Below, one piece after another: positions 25,314 through 37,092 of a DNA stretch of 64,000 bases (positions are counted from its first letter, which is position 1; each line of letters begins with the position of its first letter). Location of the stretch: contig JBHGNT010000006.1 in the NCBI GenBank assembly GCA_043228905.1, forward strand, positions 17,236,001-17,300,000. The letters are read 5' to 3'. The notes below the pieces were generated by a model, which made no database searches, had not been told where the DNA came from, and saw only the letters and a list, made by a program, of their open reading frames with translations. The DNA is from Azolla caroliniana. Its lineage: Eukaryota > Plantae > Polypodiophyta. The position numbers and the translations under genes were made by a program.

Positions 25314-25747
25314 TAGGGATCGGCAACGGTTCGGTTTAGGCTTAGCCGGTTTGGCCTTATCCAAGCCAAACCAGTTAAGCCTAAACCATTTTGGGGTTCT
25401 CAAACCTAAACCAAACCGATCCAAAACCGGTTTGGGAAACGGCTTGAAAACCGGCTACGGTTTGGAAACCTCCCTCTCTCTCTCTCCCTAGCTCTCTCTC
25501 TCTCTCTCTCTCAAACGATCCACTATGTAGAATACAAGCTCCTTGCCTCCCTCCCTCTCTCTCTCTATCTCAAGTTTCTAAATGGCTTAACCGGTTTGAG
25601 CCGGTTTGGTGAGGCTCAAGCAAAGCCAACCTGAGCTCAAACCCTTAAGGTAGGCTCAAGCCTAAGTCGAGCCGAGTCGAGCCTCTAAGCCGCTAAGCTG
25701 GTTTAGCCAAACGGTTTAAGCTTGAGTTGAGCCGTTGCCGATCCCTA
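25314..25747. mobile_element. hAT-type MITE
   Basis: TIR tagggatcggcaacgg / ccgttgccgatcccta; 8-bp TSD ctggcaag / ccggcaag. Confidence 0.9.
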
Positions 25748-27050
25748 CCGGCAAGGAGATAATTTGGATGAAGGAGTTCATCATAGAGTTGGGGATTCAA
25801 CAAGAAGATTTCTGACTCTACTACGACAACCAAAGTGCTATCCACCTTGCGAAGAATGCCACCTACCACTTGAGTAACAAGCACATCCAAAGGAGATACC
25901 ATTAGCTCCGGGAGAGGGTAGAAGAGAATAACTTTGCTCTGATGAAGATCCACACAACGAAGACGGATTGGACATGTTGACGAAGGTGTTGTCATTAGAG
26001 AAGTTGGATGCATGTCGGAGACGGGTCGGATTGATGAAGCACCCCATGCCGGAGTGAAGGGGGAGTTTGTTAGGAAACAGGTCCCTCCGAATGGGAAGTA
26101 AGCACGAGCCAGATTGGAGTCCAGAGAGATAGCCTTGGATAAGAAGGGGTCAGAATTGGATGAAGGAGGGTGAGTCGAATCGGATAGATCCAAAGTAGAA
26201 GGGAAACCGGAGCCGGAGCCGGAGTCGGATCGGATCCAGAGCCGCATCTAGAAATGACCATATTTGTAAATAGGTTTTGTCGTGTAGGTTTTAGGCCAGA
26301 ATTGTAAATAGACATAAAATTGTATTAGTATAAATACAACTAGGGCAAATCATTATTATGGGGCGTGAATAGTTGTTATTGGTTGTTGCCTCAGTAACTA
26401 AGAGTATGTAGAAGAGAGAGTGAGTGGGAGTTTTGAACTTTGTTGTAACCGTCTATTAGGCAAAGAAGAGCTCGAGGTTGTTGCCTACGAGTCTCTACTG
26501 TAATTGTTCAAAGTTTGTCAACTCTCGTGGTTTTTCCCTTTCAGGGTTTTCCACGTAAACATCCTGTGTATTCATTTCTCTGCTCTTTCATTTCCTCTTG
26601 TGAGTGATAATCGGTTGTGGTTGATCACTTTTTCTACAAAAAGAATAATCGATTATGAATACACATTTATACAAGTATCGATTGATTATCAGTATAGCAC
26701 TCACTCTCCCTCTCTATACACTTCTTGCCTAAAAATAATATTCCTACAACCCCCTTGTTGAGAATCAAGCTCAACTTGGTCTAGTGTGTGAACTCACCTT
26801 GAGAGTGAAGAGACACTCCAACGGTCAAGAGTCACCATTATGTCACCACTTTGTATTCTAGCATTTAGTATGAGTCATAGAATCATATTCTATGACACAT
26901 AACTTATGAGCTTTCACATTCCCCATGCTCCATGAGGCTTGTAGTTAATGAAGAGAGAGGGTGACTACATAAAGCACCCTCCTCCCACCTTGTATAATGT
27001 TGAGTCTTTCTCCTTTGTCAATATACTTTTACCTTGCTTATTCTCTGTGT

Positions 27051-27092
<42 letters not shown>

Positions 27093-27306
27093 CACACATA
27101 TAACTCACATCTCTTCCGCTTCACAAGAATCCATCTCTTGATTCTTTACATGGTATCAAAGCGATTTGGTAGCTCGATCTAGCCCATTCGCCTCATCGTG
27201 ATTGTGTTTTGTGCTCTACGCCAACGACCAAGAACCAGCTCATAGTTATCATAGCTTCGCTACATAGCTCGCATTCGAAGAGAGAAGAAGAAGAAGAATC
27301 AACATA

Positions 27307-28545
27307 ATGAATACTCAAATGGGGAGCACTCTCCCTACCGAGAAGTTGGATCAAAACAACTTCGCATCTTGGGAGTACAAGATGCACCAATACCTTGTCG
27401 GACAAGGCTATTGGAGCTACATCAAAGGAGCGCATGAAGACCGACCCGCCGAAGCGGCTCCCGGATACGCAACATGGGAGCAAGCCGCAAGCCGCGTGAT
27501 GTATTGTTTGGCGACATGTGTTCACGACCACATGCTCGGTTACATTCGAGAAGCCAAGACGCCGAAGGAAGCGTGGGAAAATCTATGAAAGATTTTCGCC
27601 GCCAACACGACCGCGAGGAAGCTTCAACTCCGCTAAGAGTTGAACAACATTCAACAAAGAGACACGTCCATCACGACATACACCTTGAAGATCAAGGAGC
27701 TTTGCGACTTGCTCGGCTCAATAAGCGTAAGTATAGATGATAATGAGATGGTGCAAATATGCCTCGGCAGCCTCACACCACGGTTCGGCGCGATGCGAAC
27801 CGCCGTTCTAGCACGGGAGAAATCTCCCTCCTTCGAGCTCCAATCAATGCTATTGGTCAAAGAAAACCACGTGCGTACAAGGAGCAATGAGTCGGAAGGC
27901 CACATGCTCTACACGCACTCTAATGGAGAAAGAGGACGCGGACGAACGAGAGGCCGATTCGGCCAAGGACAAGGCGGACGAGGTCCGACCTACGACAACA
28001 ACTCCCAATTTCGGCCGCAAAACGGAGGCCAACGAGGAACCTTCGCAAGAAGGGGGAGCTTCCACTCCGGCCCGAGCCGTCAAAACACAACCGAATGCGG
28101 ATATTGCGGAAAGCTCGGTCACCACGAAGAAGAGTGCCGAAAGAAGATGCGTGAATCGGCTTCCACAAGCCGACAACTCACGAATTACGCACACAACTCC
28201 AACTACGAAGATCGAGGCGGAATGTATGCACACAACTCCGACCATGGAGAAATGTACGGGCACAACTCCGACTACGAAGATCGTGGCGGAATGTATGCGC
28301 ACAACTCCGACCGTGGCGGAATGTTCATGATGAAACATAGAGCAAATTCTATGTCGGCCGCTACCTCAACTAGTGCCTCCGGTCCGGAAGACGTATGGTT
28401 CGTCGATTCCGGTGCCTCGAACCATATGACATCGCATCAAGAATGGTTCCGAGAACTTCGAGAGCCGGACCGACCCGGCTATGTCGAAACCGGAGACGAC
28501 ACTACGCACCCGATTCGGCACATTGGCAATGTTCCATTCGAAAAA
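27307..28545 (+). pseudogene. Element I gag-protease
   Basis: MNTQMGSTLPTEKLDQNNFASWEYKMHQYL, zinc knuckle CGYCGKLGHHEEEC, protease WFVDSGAS; internal stops. Confidence 0.88.
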
Positions 28546-28872
28546 AATGCAGGGTCATTTGAAACAGGTAATATGTCGCATTATGAGAACACTACGTCGA
28601 AAAAGGGCACAAAAGCACGCAGTTTTCAAAAAGACACGACGCATGCGTAAAGCTTTTCAGAAAAGGTGGCAAAATATATTGAATTTCAACATGACTACCA
28701 CTTTGAGGCATAAGTAAAATGCCTCCAAAAGTACATCACCAAAATTACAAAATAATGTACAACATGTCTACCAGTTACAATTATACATATTCGTGAGTTT
28801 ACATCCAAAACAAATTTACAAAGTTTCCGATCATGTAGTAAAACAATCCCCAGCTTGAACCAAACCAATATG

Positions 28873-29139
28873 TTAAGACATGTACGATGGACTAGAAGAG
28901 CATTCTGACGTCTCATCCTCATCATCAGTAGCAATCAAAGCATTATCCTCATCCAATTCCAACCCAACATCTTTGTGGTTATGAGAATTGCTTCTGGTTA
29001 TTCTCTGTATTTCATTTGATACCATGTTTGGGATTTTCTCCTTTATTATCTTGATAGTTGCTTGTCTTAGATGACCTGATTTTGTCAATGAGAAGTCATA
29101 TACTAGTATTTTTTTTTGTACAACGAACTTGGAAAGCAA
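28873..29139 (-). pseudogene. C-terminal remnant of a divergently oriented gene (possible transposase tail)
   Basis: 88-codon open stretch with no ATG start (ILVYDFSLTKSGHLRQATIKII, acidic tail, stop) beginning abruptly beside the palindrome array. Confidence 0.4.
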
Positions 29140-29156
29140 TTCTGAAAGGCAGGACC

Positions 29157-29333
29157 TTCAACGAAAATCCGTTGCACTGCATCGGATTTTGGTTGAAAGT
29201 CATGCAAATCCGATGCAGTGCATCAGATTTGCGTTGAAAGTCATGCAAAACCAATGCAGTGCATCGGATTTTGGTTGAAAGGCATGACTTTCAACGAAGA
29301 AATCCAATGCAGTGCAACGGATTTGCGTTGAAA
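29157..29333. repeat. Array of four ~25-bp palindromes (aatccgatgcaStgcatcggatt) with inverted ttgaaagtcatgc spacers
   Basis: Units at ~29164-29190, 29204-29232, 29247-29272 and 29300-29324. Confidence 0.85.
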
Positions 29334-29349
29334 AAAATGTTGTTTTTGC

Positions 29350-29355
29350 TATAAA
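29350..29355 (+). promoter_or_regulatory. Putative TATA box of the ParB-MTase gene
   Basis: TATAAA directly downstream of the palindrome array, ~150 bp upstream of the candidate ATG. Confidence 0.4.
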
Positions 29356-29497
29356 AAACTATCGCATGGAACCATAAAATTGACGTAATTTAGATGATAA
29401 TTTGCGTGATTTAGATAAAATTCTACGTTGTTTCTATGTTTTCACCAACGTTTTTAATTTCAGTGAACCCAGACAAAAAGTTCCTTCATTTAGATTG

Positions 29498-32400
29498 ATG
29501 ATTCGATCTCCGACAAAACGAGATTCTGGCTCCTTCATCAAGGACACGAGTAAAAAGATTTTATTTGACTCAACGGGGGAAGGAGGATCCAAGTCATCTG
29601 TGGCTACTACCAAAATCAACAAAGGTAGTACGCAAGAGGAGAAAACGGTTGAGGTGAAATATAAGGATTACCCCGAACTTGAATGGTGTCTCTCCTATGT
29701 CGAGGAGGATGGGGTGTTGTTATTGATAACAGCAAAATCGGACAGGGAAGGGAAACTTCAGCTTGGAAAAACATTTAATTACGGGCATGTAACCAAGCTA
29801 GAGTACGAAGACATTGACTCTACAAGTATTTTAATCGACGTCTCGAGCTCAGTTGGCAACAGGCGATTGCGACTTGACGAGGGAAACCTAGTACCTGAAT
29901 CTTGCAATCCCAAGGCTTTGCGTAAAGACCTGCAAACGAAAAATAACTTGTTGGTAGCTCTTCGGCCGTACGTGACAAGAGAGATGATGACCGGTGAAGC
30001 AAAAACTCCACCGAAAAAGTCTAGGAAGACAAATCCTGTTCAAAAGAAATATACTAAACGACCACGACCCGAAGAAGAAGAAGAAGAAATATTAGAGTTC
30101 GTGGAAGAAGAAGATGACCAACAAGTCGACGTCGTGGCTCCAGGCGGACAACTATCTTCTGGTGTCCTGACGTCAGAACAAAATAAAATAAGAGAAAATA
30201 TTGTGAAGACTAAACTTGTGCGCAGGGGCCAGCTATTTCATTTGCCCATTACTTCTATCCAAAGGCCCCCCATTGACCCCGTGACTGGAAGACGTCCCCT
30301 GGAAATTAGGGAGCCGCACTCCGTCCATGTGCAAAACCTGAAAAGCAAAATGAAAATCAATCCTCACGCTACTGTGGTGCCATTTTTGGTAATGGTTGAT
30401 CAAGAACAATGCCCAACAGTAGCAGATTTCATGTATAGCTTTGCAAACGATTACACATACTATGTAATCGGAAGATCACATTCGGCCGAAGCTCGACGAC
30501 AGCTTGTCAAAGAATATCCTCTCACGTCGTTCTTCAAGTACGCCGAATGTAAGGTATATGCAGGACTAACTCACGAGGCGAAGCTGCTCGCATGGGACCA
30601 TAACAATGACAACGATTATAGGCAAAAGATGTCATGTATAGAGAGGATAAGATTTTTTCATCATGAATACTTGGATGCCTTGAATCATTTTGGTCCAAGA
30701 TTGTGGCCTGGATTGCGACGCCAGTGTTTATTGGAAGTAGGGATTGCAGTGGATGAGAGTACCAAATCCGAAGGTCTCCGAAAATATGATTCTTGGTTTC
30801 AACTAGCTTTTCGGACTGGAGAGGTGTGGGATCTCCAAGACAAAATATTCTCTATGTGGGAGCGGAAAGAAGTCAAGGGGCAAAGATCAAAAAAGGGAAG
30901 AATTGATCCACAAGTTGAGATCAAATCAAAGACCAAGGGAAAAAGCGACTTGGTAATCGAGGAGTTAGCAGAGGACATGAAACTTTTACCTTGGAGATCA
31001 TTACAAGGTATCAAAGATGATAGATTGTTAATATCCGTGCTATCTCGAGTGGTCGCCAAGGAATTTAGTTTGGACGAGATGGTAACAGACTTGCAAAAGT
31101 AAGTGTTTATAGTATACCTTTTCATGAAAGTCTTCAATTATTTTGAATATCTTATTTCTAATTTCATATTGATTGTGCAGTCACAAGGTATACATGAAGA
31201 TTCGGGAGTTGATGATGCAAAAACTGAGTTTACCGACATGGGAAGAAGTTGAGCAAGCCTGCCCGATAACTTCTTCCTACAAGGCATTGGAGGAATATTT
31301 TATTGTATTTAGAGAATGGGTATGTGTCTTTTGAATGTTGATATGTTAGAAACTAATGTTCCCTGCTAACAACATTGACACTTGCAGAAACCATCAAAAT
31401 CGAAAAAGAACGACAATAATGTTGGTATTCCAGCGGCCTTCATCACGCACTTAGAACGTGCGAAATATGAGAAGAGAATGACCAAAGGGAAGGAAATGGA
31501 ACTGCCCAAGGATTCGGAGACTGTAAAGAGTTTTTTGCATAGGTCCGATCCTTTCAAACAGCTTCATTATAGTGTTTTCAATGGCGAAGTATCCCAGATG
31601 CTCGAACTATTACCGAGAAGGCACTACACTTTGTTGATAGCTAACATACCATATGGTTTCCGTATTGCGGGATCAACATATGATGATGTGCCTTTCAAGT
31701 ACCCTCAGATCGAGAAAATGGTAAAGGATTTTGCAGAACTGACATTGGCCCCCTTGTGGAGGATAGTCATATTTCATAGCATGGGGCAATCACTGTCAAT
31801 CACAATAGCTTTGAAGTCCCGTTGTCATGCCATTGAACACATGCATTGGTGTGTTATAGTTCGCTTTTACTCATTACAGTACTTCTTATTATATGTACAC
31901 ATTTACACCTCTAATACTTGATTTTCTTTCTCTATAGGATCAAAACAAATATTACACGTAGCCCTGGCGATCGAATGGTTAGTGCGGTCGAACATTTTTG
32001 TGTGGGCTACTATGATTCAATTACAAAGAAGAAGGCTAGAGCACATGTCAATGAGCGTAACGTGGTTAACTACATCATGTGCCCAGCTGTAACCAAAAAA
32101 TTAAGACATGTGTCAGGGGATAAAAGTATGGTGAACCCTTATCAAAAACCTCAAAGATTGATCAACCGCCTCATAGAGCTCTTCTCGAATCCAGATGATT
32201 GGGTCCTAGACTTGTTCTCTAGCACAGGTATAATATATATATTTAATTTCAATGTTGTCGATCAAGTTTAAGAAGTTACTTCTTATATATACTTGTTTGT
32301 GTTCATGCGACCATTAGGTACAACGACAGCTTGTGCATTGAAGATGTTTAGAAACTGTGTTGCATTGGAGAAGGACCCTGCTCAAGTTAACTTCATCAAA

Positions 32401-32577
32401 ATGAGGATCACAGGAATCTGGGACTGTCCAGATCAGGATCAAGAAGTCGGAGCAAAACACATCAACGAGACAGAGATGTTCCAGATGACTTCACGAGAAC
32501 CAATGGAACCAATTGATGAAGAAGCAGGGGAGCTGGTGGACCTAGAAGCTGTAAGATTCGGGAGAGTTTGGAGATGA
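29498..32577 (+). CDS. Spliced ParB/Srx-like domain + beta-class N4/N6 DNA methyltransferase fusion (~916 aa); exons 29498-31098, 31181-31319, 31388-31848, 31938-32227, 32318-32577
   Basis: Four GT-AG introns join in frame; YYVIGRSHSAEARR (ParB-like GxH), LLIANIPYG (motif IV), NPYQKPQRLINRLIELFSNPDDWVLDLFSSTGTTTACALKMFRNCVALEKD (motifs X-I-II); start codon uncertain; likely +1 frameshift near the C-terminus (alternative end ~32647). Confidence 0.82.
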
Positions 32578-33413
32578 CACGAATGAAAACAGTCTAGAAC
32601 AATTAGCGCCAGAGGAGCCTGCTCTGCCTGATTTGCTTATAGATTGATGTAGATGGCGTAATGTAAAAATTGAGGATTTTGAGGCATAATGTTCACCATC
32701 ACTTCATATTATATTTGTATATGAGAACATCTGTAATTGTTTATCGTTTAATTAAATTCACCTGTTCATAATTTCCCTTTTTAATCATTATTGGAACCGT
32801 AGTTTGTATTTACATATAATTGGTCACCATGCTCTTCTTCAGTTTGAGATATTAACATGATATTGTAATTTCTCATTTCCGTTAGCATGACTGTATATGA
32901 AAAGGCAAATGTTTTTGATAATAAGAGGTTTTTAGTTACCTACGGTTCAAGTCTACTGGTTCCACATAGTATAAATGAATGTCGTACGTAGTTGTTACTC
33001 TTACCAATTACATTGTCATGAACTATATGACATTATACAATGAAACTATCGATATACCCGTCCAACAAGTGGGGTACTACTTTATTCCTAAACCCAAAAC
33101 CACATATTTATAATTACGGTTTATGTAGTTTTACTCTACAATTTGAATATGGATACCAATTTTAGAACTTTATATTGAACCAAGTCTTCAATTGTGCTCC
33201 ATGATATGCAAATTGACACGAATGTGGACACATATACAATTTAGTAATTGCTAGGTTTTTTTGTTCTATATTTAACCATCAAGTCACAAAAGGGGTACGC
33301 ATGCATCGTATATTTTCGATATCGGGCTAAAATAGGGTACTTTTCTACATCTGGCCAACTATGCCAAAAGAGAATACGACATATTACCTGTTTCAAATGA
33401 CCCGGTGTTAAAA

Positions 33414-36400
33414 GAAGGTAAGCAAAATTACATTAAAAATGTCTTGCATGTACCGACCATTACGAAGAATTTGGTCTCCGTTGGCCAAATTGTAGAGCAA
33501 GGGATGCAAGTTCGATTTAATCAAGGCAGTTGCTTCATCGAAAAAGAAGGCTGACTCATTGCACGCAGACGAAGAGAGGGCCGGATGTTCATTCTCGATT
33601 CACGCGAGATGAAATCCGCCATGTTCGCGAAAAGCACGAAAGCCGACTCCGACATAGAGCTATGGCACAAGCGAATCGGCCACATCAATCTCAACAAACT
33701 CAAAGCAATGAAATCGAAAGGAGTTGTCATCAAACTCCCGACATTCAAAGAGAAGGAGATTGAAGGTGTATGCAAAGCGTGCCAATTCGGCAAGCAACAC
33801 CAACACCCATTCCCGAAAGAGCGGAACATGAGCAAAGGTCTACTCGACATAGTCCATTCCGACGTATGGGGACCGGCGCAAATGGCTACATTCGGCGGAT
33901 GCCGATATTACGTGCTCTTCATCGACAACTTCTCTAGGCACACTTGGATCTACCCGATGCGGCAAAAGAGCGAAGTGTTCGGACACTTCCAAAATTTCAA
34001 GAATGAAGTCGAGAAAGCCACGGGCCGACATGTATGATGCCTTCGATCGGATGGCGGCAAGGAGTACTTCTCGGACAATTTCACGGCGTACCTCCAAAAG
34101 GAAGGAATTCGGCGAGAATTCACTTGCCGACACACTCCGCAACAAAACGGAGTAGCCGAGCACAAAAATTGGCACATCCTCGAAGTAGCATGGGCCATGA
34201 TGAACGAGAAGCATATGCCCAAGTCATATTGGGCCGAAGCTGCAAATACGGCCATCTACCTAATGAACCGGTGCACAACATCCGGCGTGCACGAGGTCAC
34301 TCCGCACGAAAAATACTTCGGAAGGAAGCCGGATTTATCACACATCCGGATATTTGGCGCAATAGCGTACGTGCACATCCCCGACGAGAAGCGTCAAAAG
34401 CTTGACCCGAAGTCGGAGAAATGTATCCTCGTAGGATACTCACTGGAGCAAAAGGGGTACAAGTGCTACAACCCCTCAACTCAAAAATCTCGAGTAAGTC
34501 GAGACGTTGTTTTTGACGAGTCCGCATCCTGGTACGCACCAGAGACAACTCCAACTCCGACTCCGCTCGACCCGGAATTCCCCGAACAAGAGATCAAGGA
34601 TGATGATCGCCTTATGCGCATATTCGACGAAAGTCCGATCACGACCCGATTGAGTGGACCACAAGAGCCTTTGAGCGATCAAAGCACATCACGGCCTAGC
34701 CCGAAGATGGACAAAGGCAAGGCGAAAATGTCGGAATACGAAGACGATCGCTTCAATGACGATGAATCGATTCACTCACTCGACAATGAGTTCGGCAGTT
34801 TCAAGGCACCAATCGGAGCTAAGAAAGGCCTCATCTCTGCAAATGAAAAGCTCCGCCGATCCACCCATGAAAAGAACCCTGTAAGCCGATTCGGCTACAA
34901 CGATTATATGGCGTACCATTACGCCTTTATGATGAAGGTAGCGACAGTAGGGGAGCCGGAAACCTTTTCGGAAGCCGCGAAGGACCTGCGATGGATCGAA
35001 GCAATGAACGAGGAGATGCGGGCACTACGGAAGAACGAGAGGTGGGATCTTGTTCCCACCTCACCACAAAAAAAGGCGATCGGATGCAAATGGATCTACA
35101 AGGTGAAGTATAACGCCGATGGCTCCATAAATCGCTACAAAGCTCGACTCGTAGCGAAAGGATATGCTCAGACGCATGGTGTCGACTACGAAGAGACCTT
35201 TGCCCCGGTGGCAAAGATGACGACTGTGTTGACCGTAATTGCAATTGTCGCGGCGAAAGGGTGGCACCTCCATCAAATGGACGTCAAGAACGCCTTTCTA
35301 CAAGGCGAATTAGAAGAGGAGGTGTACATGATCCAACCACCCGGCTTCAACTCGAGCACCCATCCGAAAGTTGTTTGCCGACTCAAGAAGCCACTCTACG
35401 GCCTCAAGCAAGCACCGCGTGCTTGGCATTCGAAGATAACGCAATATCTTCATCAAATCGGCTTCCGTATGTCAAAATCGGACAACTCCCTCTACATACG
35501 AAGCGATTCCGCAAGTCCGATCGTCATCATCTTATATGTGGATGACCTAGTCATTGGAGGTGAGCATCTCGTCGAAATCAATAAGGTCAAATCCCTCCTT
35601 TCCGACAAGTTCGAGATGACGGACATGAAGGAGCTCCACTACTTCCTCGGCATCGAGGTAATTCGGACTCCGGCCGGAATCATGATCTCTCAACGACACT
35701 ACATCCTCAACTTGTTATACAAGTTCGGGATGGCTGAGTGCAAATCCGTGGCAACCCCACTCGATCGTAATCTCAAACTAGATGAGAACTCTGGCACCAA
35801 ACCGTGTGAGCCAACTCAGTATCGGCAACTCATCGGGAGTCTCATCTACCTCACGATCACTCGACCCGATCTCAGTTATCCGGTCGGTCTCCTTAGCCAA
35901 TTCATGCAAACATCGTGTGATACTCACTTGGATTGCGCTAAGCGAGTTCTACGTTACGTCAGTGGCACAATGGATTGCGACATCCTCTACAAGACCACGA
36001 TGCCAATACGATTCGAGGGGTGCACAGACGCCGATTGGACCGGCTACAAAGCTGATAGAAGTTCAACCTCCGGATTTGTTTTCTCCCTCGACAACAGAGC
36101 AATATCCTGGAGTAGCAAGAAGCAGCCTATCGTCGCTCTTTCGAGTACGGAGGCGGAATACAGGGGCGCATTTGTAGATGCGTGTGAAGCCGTATGGCTC
36201 AAGAGGATTTTGAAGGATCTGGGCGTACCCATCAAGGATCCGACTTCCCTTTACTGCGACAACATGAGCAGTATCTATCTGGCTCGGAACCCGGTGTTCC
36301 ACGCGCGGACAAAGCACATCGAAGTGCACTATCACTTCATTTGAGAGCGCGTTCTGGCTGGCGATGTCAACCTACAACACATTAGCACCAATCTTCAAAC

Positions 36401-36491
36401 GGCCGACATCTTCACTAAAGCCTTAGGAGTCGACAAGCTATGGCAATTCATGACCGATCTCGGATTGACAATCCCTGACTTGCCAAGCTTG
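33414..36491 (+). pseudogene. Element I pol (integrase, RT, RNase H) with stops
   Basis: [50 protein letters not shown]. Confidence 0.92.
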
Positions 36492-37055
36492 AGGGGGAGT
36501 ACTGAAGACATTACGCAATAACGCGTGGATTCCGCAACCACGCAACGAAGCAGCGAAGAGCCGATCTACCGCGCAAAGTCGCGAAGAAAGACACAAGCCG
36601 AAGCACAGACTTCGCACAACGCAAGTTGGAGCACGGATTCCGCAACTACGCATAAAGCGAGCCAACGCGAGTCGACGCGGACTCCGGAACGAGAGTTGAA
36701 GTGGATTTCGGATACCATTTGAAACCGACCCGACTTGAGCTTGAGGGGGCGTGTTGAGAATCAAGCTCAACTTGGTCTAGTGTGTGAACTCGCCTTGAGA
36801 GTGAAGAGACACTCCAACGGTCAAGAGTCACCATTATGTCACCACTTTGTATTCTAGCATTTAGTATGAGTCATAGAATCATATTCTATGACACATAACT
36901 TATGAGCTTTCACATTCCCCATGCTCCATGAGGCTTGTAGTTAATGAAGAGAGAGGGTGACTACATAAAGCACCCTCCTCCCACCTTGTATAATGTTGAG
37001 TCTTTCTCCTTTGTCAATATACTTTTACCTTGCGTATTCTCTGTGTTTCACTCAC

Positions 37056-37092
<37 letters not shown>

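Larger units (their letters stand above)
20116..26638 (+). mobile_element. Degenerate copia element G (RT/RNase H fragments + 3' LTR), split by later insertions
   Basis: RT remnants 20250-21237, RNase H resumes at 25198-25313 and 25756-26057; PPT aagggggag; LTR TGTTAGG from 26068 to ~26638 (end uncertain). Confidence 0.8.
28546..33409. mobile_element. TIR DNA transposon-like element carrying a ParB-like/DNA methyltransferase gene
   Basis: Perfect 27-bp inverted repeat gggtcatttgaaacaggtaatatgtcg at 28552-28578 and 33377-33403; probable aaaa TSD; excision restores the copia frame NVPFEKEGKQNYIKNVLHVP. Confidence 0.88.

Noticed and set aside
29402-29497. TTG start of the 566-aa ORF
   Set aside because: The upstream part is T-rich and ends in an acceptor-like ttcag (29463), so it is probably intron or UTR.
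28546-33409. Bacterial or phage contamination as the source of the MTase gene
   Set aside because: The gene has four in-phase spliceosomal introns and sits between TIRs that cleanly interrupt a plant copia reading frame.
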